A DNA stretch of 64,000 nucleotides from the human T2T-CHM13v2.0 reference genome, Homo sapiens, in the NCBI RefSeq assembly GCF_009914755.1, contig NC_060940.1. One strand, written 5' to 3'. The notes under the pieces are model-generated. The model was given only the letters and a program-made list of their open reading frames with translations. It had not been told where the DNA came from and did no database searches. Below, piece by piece: positions 58,818 through 64,000 of this stretch; within the stretch, counting starts at the first letter, position 1, and each line of letters begins with the position of its first letter. The translations under genes and the position numbers were made by a program.

Positions 58818-59997
58818 AGGGCAGGTGCAGGTGCTGCTAAGGGTTTTCAATTCTGTACTAACATCTGATGTCTCTAAATGCAAACCTTTTCTTCCTTTTT
58901 GTTTCGGTTTTTTTGTTTGTTTGTTTGTTTACAGTAGGACACATCCTCACCTCCACAGAACCCGCAGTGTCACTTTGGGGGCAGAAATAATTATTTCGTG
59001 GTCAACAGGATGAAAGTCCTGAGGATGCTCAGGGGAACCTGGAGAGTGTTTTCCAGTTAGACTCAGGGCAGAGACCTCCATGGGAATCTCTGATTAGAAC
59101 AGGCTTTGAGTTCTGATAGGAGCTAAGAGAGAGGCTCACCCAGGGTCAGGGTCCTTAAAACCACATGGTTTTCACAGCTATCCCCCCTCGTCTTGTAAAA
59201 CTGGGCACGTCTGACTCAGACTGATTCAGTTGACCCTCTTTCTGCTAATCCATTTTCCTTCCCTGTAGACTTGATTCTCACAATTCCCTTTCTTCTTCTC
59301 TGCCCTGAAAACTGAGTATGTGTTATCTGTAGTCAAAATCCCAGGGCTCAGGTCTGCAGGACCTGGGTAGTCTGAGGGGACTTTCTCACTCACCCTTGCC
59401 TGGACTCTCCTGCTGTCTTCTGTCAACGGAGATGTTTGGAAAACGAAACGGACCTTAATCACAAAGGGAATAATCCTAGTTTTCTCCAATGGGATATTGA
59501 TGTAGAGCTGATCTTATGCTTTTCACACTGTCACAGAGTTTGGACTGTCACCTGTGACTTTGAGGAGAGCTGATGATGGACACTCCATCGTGCTGTGAGC
59601 TCTGGATAGTAGTAATTGTAGGGTCTGGCTAGGCAGCCTAAGATCAATACTGCTGGCCTTCAGGAAAGACAGGCTGGAATTCCTGGGAAGACCTGCATCT
59701 GCCGTACAGCTTGGAGTCCCATCGTCTTCTGTTATGCTCTGATTGAATCAGCCCCACCTCGATTATTTAGAACAATCTTCGTGACTTAGGAAAAGATAAT
59801 GGCAGGCTCTACTAACGCCTGTATTATGCCATGGGAGCAACACCTAGGTTAGTGTGTGATTTAGTAGATGAGACAGTGGTCTAGTCAAGGTGACAAATAA
59901 AATTGATTGTTGCCATTATGATATTTTATTTTGGCAATATTATGATATTTGGCAATATAATGATGTTCATATTATAAATATTTCACTACATTATTTG

Positions 59998-60564
59998 TGT
60001 CAGAGGCTTTGGAACCAGAACAACTTCATCTTGAATAAAGGCTAAGAAAAATAAGACTGAGACCTGCTGGGCTACATTACCAGTAAGCTAAGGCGTTCTT
60101 AGTCACAGGATGAGAAAGGAGGTCTGCACAACATCCAGGTCATAAAGACCTTGCTGATGAAGTTTACAGTAAAGATGCGGCCAAAGCCCACCAAAACCAA
60201 GACAGTGACAAAAGTGACCGCTGTTTGTCCTCACTGCTAATTTTATGCTAATTATAATAATATGCTAAAAGACACTCCCCCCAGCGCCATGACAGTTTAC
60301 AAATGCCATGGCAACATCAGGAAGTTTCCCTAGTTGGTCTAAAAGGGAGAAATACTCAGCTTTGGTAACTTCTGGGGGATTCATGAATAATCCATCCCTT
60401 GTTTAACATATAATCAAGAAATAACCATGAAAATGGACAACCAGCAGCCCATATTGCTGCTGTGCCTGTGGAGTAGCCATTCTTTATTCTTTTACTTTCC
60501 TAATAAACTCGCTTTCATTTTACTCTGTGGATTTGTCCCAAATTGGGATCCCTTTCCAGTAACA
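59998..60564 (+). mobile_element. MER41B-like solo LTR
   Basis: TGTCAGAGGC...CCATGACAGTTTACAAATGCCATGGCAAC...AATAAA...CCCTTTCCAGTAACA; 4-bp TSD TTTG on both sides. Confidence 0.88.
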
Positions 60565-60879
60565 TTTGTGTTATTATTCATTTTCTAAGCAGAAAACTCC
60601 AAGACGGTATGAAGTTTCCCTGAATTTTTATAAGAAGTACATCCACCCCTTTGAGAGAAAATGCACAGAGAGTAGAATGAGGCTGGGAAGCTGATCGTAT
60701 ATGATGGAAGCATGTCCCTAAGTGAAAGAGAGAGGGAGGGTGGATTGGGTGGAAGGTTCCTATATTTCTGTGCTGTGCAAGGAATCTGCAAAATATAATT
60801 GAGTCTTGTGCAAGTCAGTGCTACCTCTCAGAGGAAACCCATGACTCCCAGAAATGGCTCTGCTTATGAATCATTACAA

Positions 60880-61760
60880 ATGTAATTGCCAATGCGGAAA
60901 GTGGTGTCTGGTGAGAGGTATTGGGTACGTGAAGTCATGAATGACTTTATGCAACACACTTGGTGACAATTGAGTTTGTGCTAACTTACTTCAAGTTAAA
61001 TCTAGTTCTTTAAAATACTCTAGGACTTTCCTCATCTCTTCTCTTGTACCTGCTCTAACTATGTAATATATCTGCTGCCCCTTTGCCTTCTTCCATGATT
61101 GTAAGCTTTCTGAGGTCCTCACCAAGAGCAGATGCTGGCATCATGCTTCCTGCATAGCATGACCATTTGGAGTTTGATGGCCTGAGGGTGAGAAGAGACA
61201 AACCGGGTTATTAGAAGACATGTATCAAAACCAAACAAGGTGGCGAGGACAGCTTGAAAACAAATTCCAAGGCTGCTGACATGCCCAGATAACTGTGGCT
61301 GTAGTTATGCCTGCTAAGATTTGGGTGCATGGGGCTTGGCTTTTGTAGCTCCCATGGACTTATTTTCTCAAACAAAGAAACCTCTGGATTAGGGGCACCC
61401 TATTTATTCCAGTCACCTGGCATGATTTGCAGGATAATTGCTCAGAACTAAAATGTTGATGCAGATGTCTATATTCCCCCTCCCTTTGTTTCTTCTGAGC
61501 TGCAGCCAGAGATCATTGGTTGGTTCACAGGAATAAGCAGAGTTAGTCTAAAATGGAGGCAAATACTTAAAACAATTGAAGAGATTAGAATTTAAAGACA
61601 AGTGTATGATATGTTTTGAAACATAATTTTTCTCTCTCCAGTTCTGATTTTTGTCAGAATGTAATCATTATACGTCTGAATTGTTTGCAAAATAAACTTT
61701 GCTCTCATGGTTGGCCTGATAATTAGCATAAAGTTCAGAAAGAATAATTAATAATAATTC
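60880..61760. mobile_element. MST/MaLR LTR fragment (to about 61160) adjoining probable ERV1 internal fragment
   Basis: CCATGATTGTAAGCTTTCTGAGGTCCTCACCAAGAGCAGATGCTGGCATCATGCTTCCTG is MST-like; the identity of the following segment is tentative. Confidence 0.5.
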
Positions 61761-62039
61761 TGTAGGAAAAGCGTGCAAGCACTAGGAGCTTCACAGTCTA
61801 ACAGTATGAGCACATGCATCCTCCAGCAACTTACTCAATATTTCCAAGTCAGCCTGCTCCTATCTTGAATACCATCCAGTAATATCTGCCTCAGGTACAC
61901 TAATATATGGTTCTCTCTGCAGGCTCCTCTCTCCTCAGATTTCAGGGGTTTTTTTCCTCTATGATATCAACTCAGATATGTTGAATGTTTTTTCTTTATT
62001 TTCAGTTTTGTACGTTTGTTGTTAATGGGGTCAGGATAG

Positions 62040-62260
<221 letters not shown>

Positions 62261-63290
62261 GAGGTCAGGATAGTATCACAGTTTACTCATTTTTTGCATT
62301 CCCTTGCCGAGTAGCTGCTTTTCTCTATAAAATCCATTAACTGAGATAACAAATCACCTTTTGTTACTGGTGAACAATTAGTTTGGCATATATTTATGTA
62401 CTGGAATATAATGCAGCTTGAAATCAAGGCATGCCTCACTCATAAAAAAGCGTGGCTAAATTCTCAAGTTATTGTGCAGAGTGAAAGAAGCTAAGGAATT
62501 AAGAGTAAATTTTATATAATTCATATGTAGAAACTTTAGAAGATGCCACTATTAAAAATTAACATGAATAACATTTAAATTTTTCTGAGAATATGGTTTT
62601 GTGAATAATGAGGATGTGAGTTAAATTTGAGAGGAATAAGAAAAGATTTAGGGATTAATTATTCAAGACGATTGAAGTGCTGAGTGAATGGTTGCAAACA
62701 TAGGTCTACATTTTTCAAATCATTCACTATAAATTTGAATTAACTATTTATTTATTATACTTGAATAAATCAATAACATAAATAAATGAATATTTTTGTT
62801 AAAATGGAGCAATAAAAAGACTGATATTGGCAGAAGAAACATGACTGACTTCTGAAAATACACACACATGAACCTTGGTTCTCTCTGCATATTTGGGTAA
62901 ATTACAGAAAGTTGTCATAACAGATAGGGAATCCTGCAGACTTCACTAGGCATGGGCCACACTGCCCTGGAGTTGTCTCAGGGGAGCTGCCTCCTCCAGT
63001 GTTTAGAGCACAGGCCCAGATAATAGGACTAAATTTGTTTAGATGTATAAACTTAGATGCACTGCACAACTGCTGTATTCTCTATGTAAATTATATTCTG
63101 TAAAATATAACATTGAAAGCTGCATTAAATATATTGTGTAAATATGTAAAAATAAAATCAGATTATGAGAGCTAAATGTTAATCAAGGCACAATCACATA
63201 ATATAAAATTATATTTTCCTGAATGATGGAATTACTACCAATCTCCCCCAAGACACTTCATCTGCACGGAGCCTGGCCCTCTCTTCAGAT

Positions 63291-63457
63291 GTCCCACCCC
63301 AGAGCTTGCTATATAGTGGGGGACATGGAAATAGGGGCCTCCCTCTGCTGATGAAAACCAGCCCAGCCCTGACCCTGCAGCTCTGGGAGAGGAGCCCCAG
63401 CACTGGGATTCCGAGGCTTTCCATTCGGTGATCAGCACTGAACACAGAGGACTCACC
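63291..63457 (+). promoter_or_regulatory. IGHV3 promoter and 5' UTR with mutated octamer ATGGAAAT (63325-63332)
   Basis: Typical VH3 context CCCTCTGCTGATGAAAACCAGCCCAGCC...GAACACAGAGGACTCACC. Confidence 0.88.
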
Positions 63458-63911
63458 ATGGAGTTTGAGCTCAGCTGGGTTTTCCTTGTTGCTATTTTAC
63501 AAGGTGATTCATGGAGAACTAAAGAGATTGAGTGTGAGTGAACATGAGTGAGAGAAACACTGGATATGTGTGGGAGTTTCTGACCAGTGTCTCTGTGTTT
63601 GCAGGTGTCCACTGTGAGGTGCAGCTGGTAGAGTCTGGGAGAGGCTTGGCCCAGCCTGGGGGGTACCTAAAACTCTCCGGTGCAGCCTCTGGATTCACCG
63701 TCGGTAGCTGGTACATGAGCTGGATCCACCAGGCTCCAGGGAAGGGTCTGGAGTGGGTCTCATACATTAGTAGTAGTGGTTGTAGCACAAACTACGCAGA
63801 CTCTGTGAAGGGCAGATTCACCATCTCCACAGACAACTCAAAGAACACGCTCTACCTGCAAATGAACAGCCTGAGAGTGGAGGACACGGCCGTGTATTAC
63901 TGTGCAAGAGA
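63458..63911 (+). pseudogene. IGHV3OR16-12: Immunoglobulin heavy variable clan III orphon, open frame but probably non-functional; leader 63458-63503, intron 63504-63604, V exon 63605-63911
   Basis: [117 protein letters not shown]. No stops; first conserved Cys replaced by Gly. Symbol from recalled sequence. Confidence 0.93.
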
Positions 63912-63950
63912 CACAGTGAGGGGAGGTCATTGTGCGCCCAGACACAAATC
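63912..63950 (+). other. 23-RSS recombination signal
   Basis: CACAGTG, 23-nt spacer, ACACAAATC (VH3 nonamers are usually ACACAAACC). Confidence 0.93.
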
Positions 63951-64000
63951 TCCCTGCAGGAACACAGGGTGGAATCAGCTGCAGGGGGCGCTCAGGAGCC

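Noticed and set aside
59380-59730. Possible degenerate V segment
   Set aside because: No WxRQ, YYC or RSS motifs found; it resembles ordinary IGH intergenic flank.

Overview
This is primate, most likely human, genomic DNA with no intact conventional gene. It is a mosaic of unrelated gene fragments joined end to end, typical of a pericentromeric segmental-duplication zone. The IGHV orphon plus ENPP7 fragment point to chr16p11.2; this placement is recalled, not searched. Left to right: (1) about 1-25.6 kb, a minus-strand ANKRD36-family unprocessed pseudogene. It lacks its 5' exons, has 8 recognisable exons, a 1.88-kb exon-carrying tandem repeat, one frameshift and one dead splice donor. (2) About 25.6-30.9 kb, the ENPP7 upstream region and an open exon 1. 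(3) About 30.9-34.5 kb, a GCTTTTTGC/CCG repeat fused to a disabled KSR1 exon 1 CpG island and probable intron. (4) A 1.3-kb (GAAAT/GAT)n repeat. (5) About 36-52 kb, AT-rich transposon-derived DNA of unidentified origin. (6) About 52-64 kb, IGH-locus-like DNA with a VH promoter that has lost its gene and a complete IGHV3 orphon (IGHV3OR16-12-like). Nearly all ORFs in the supplied track are repeat-derived noise. I see no convincing new biological system. The best leads are the duplication junctions, a possible in-frame ENPP7-exon1/IGHV splice, the contrasting VH octamer states, and several template-switch or hairpin scars. Repeat subfamily names come from recalled consensus sequences and need RepeatMasker confirmation.
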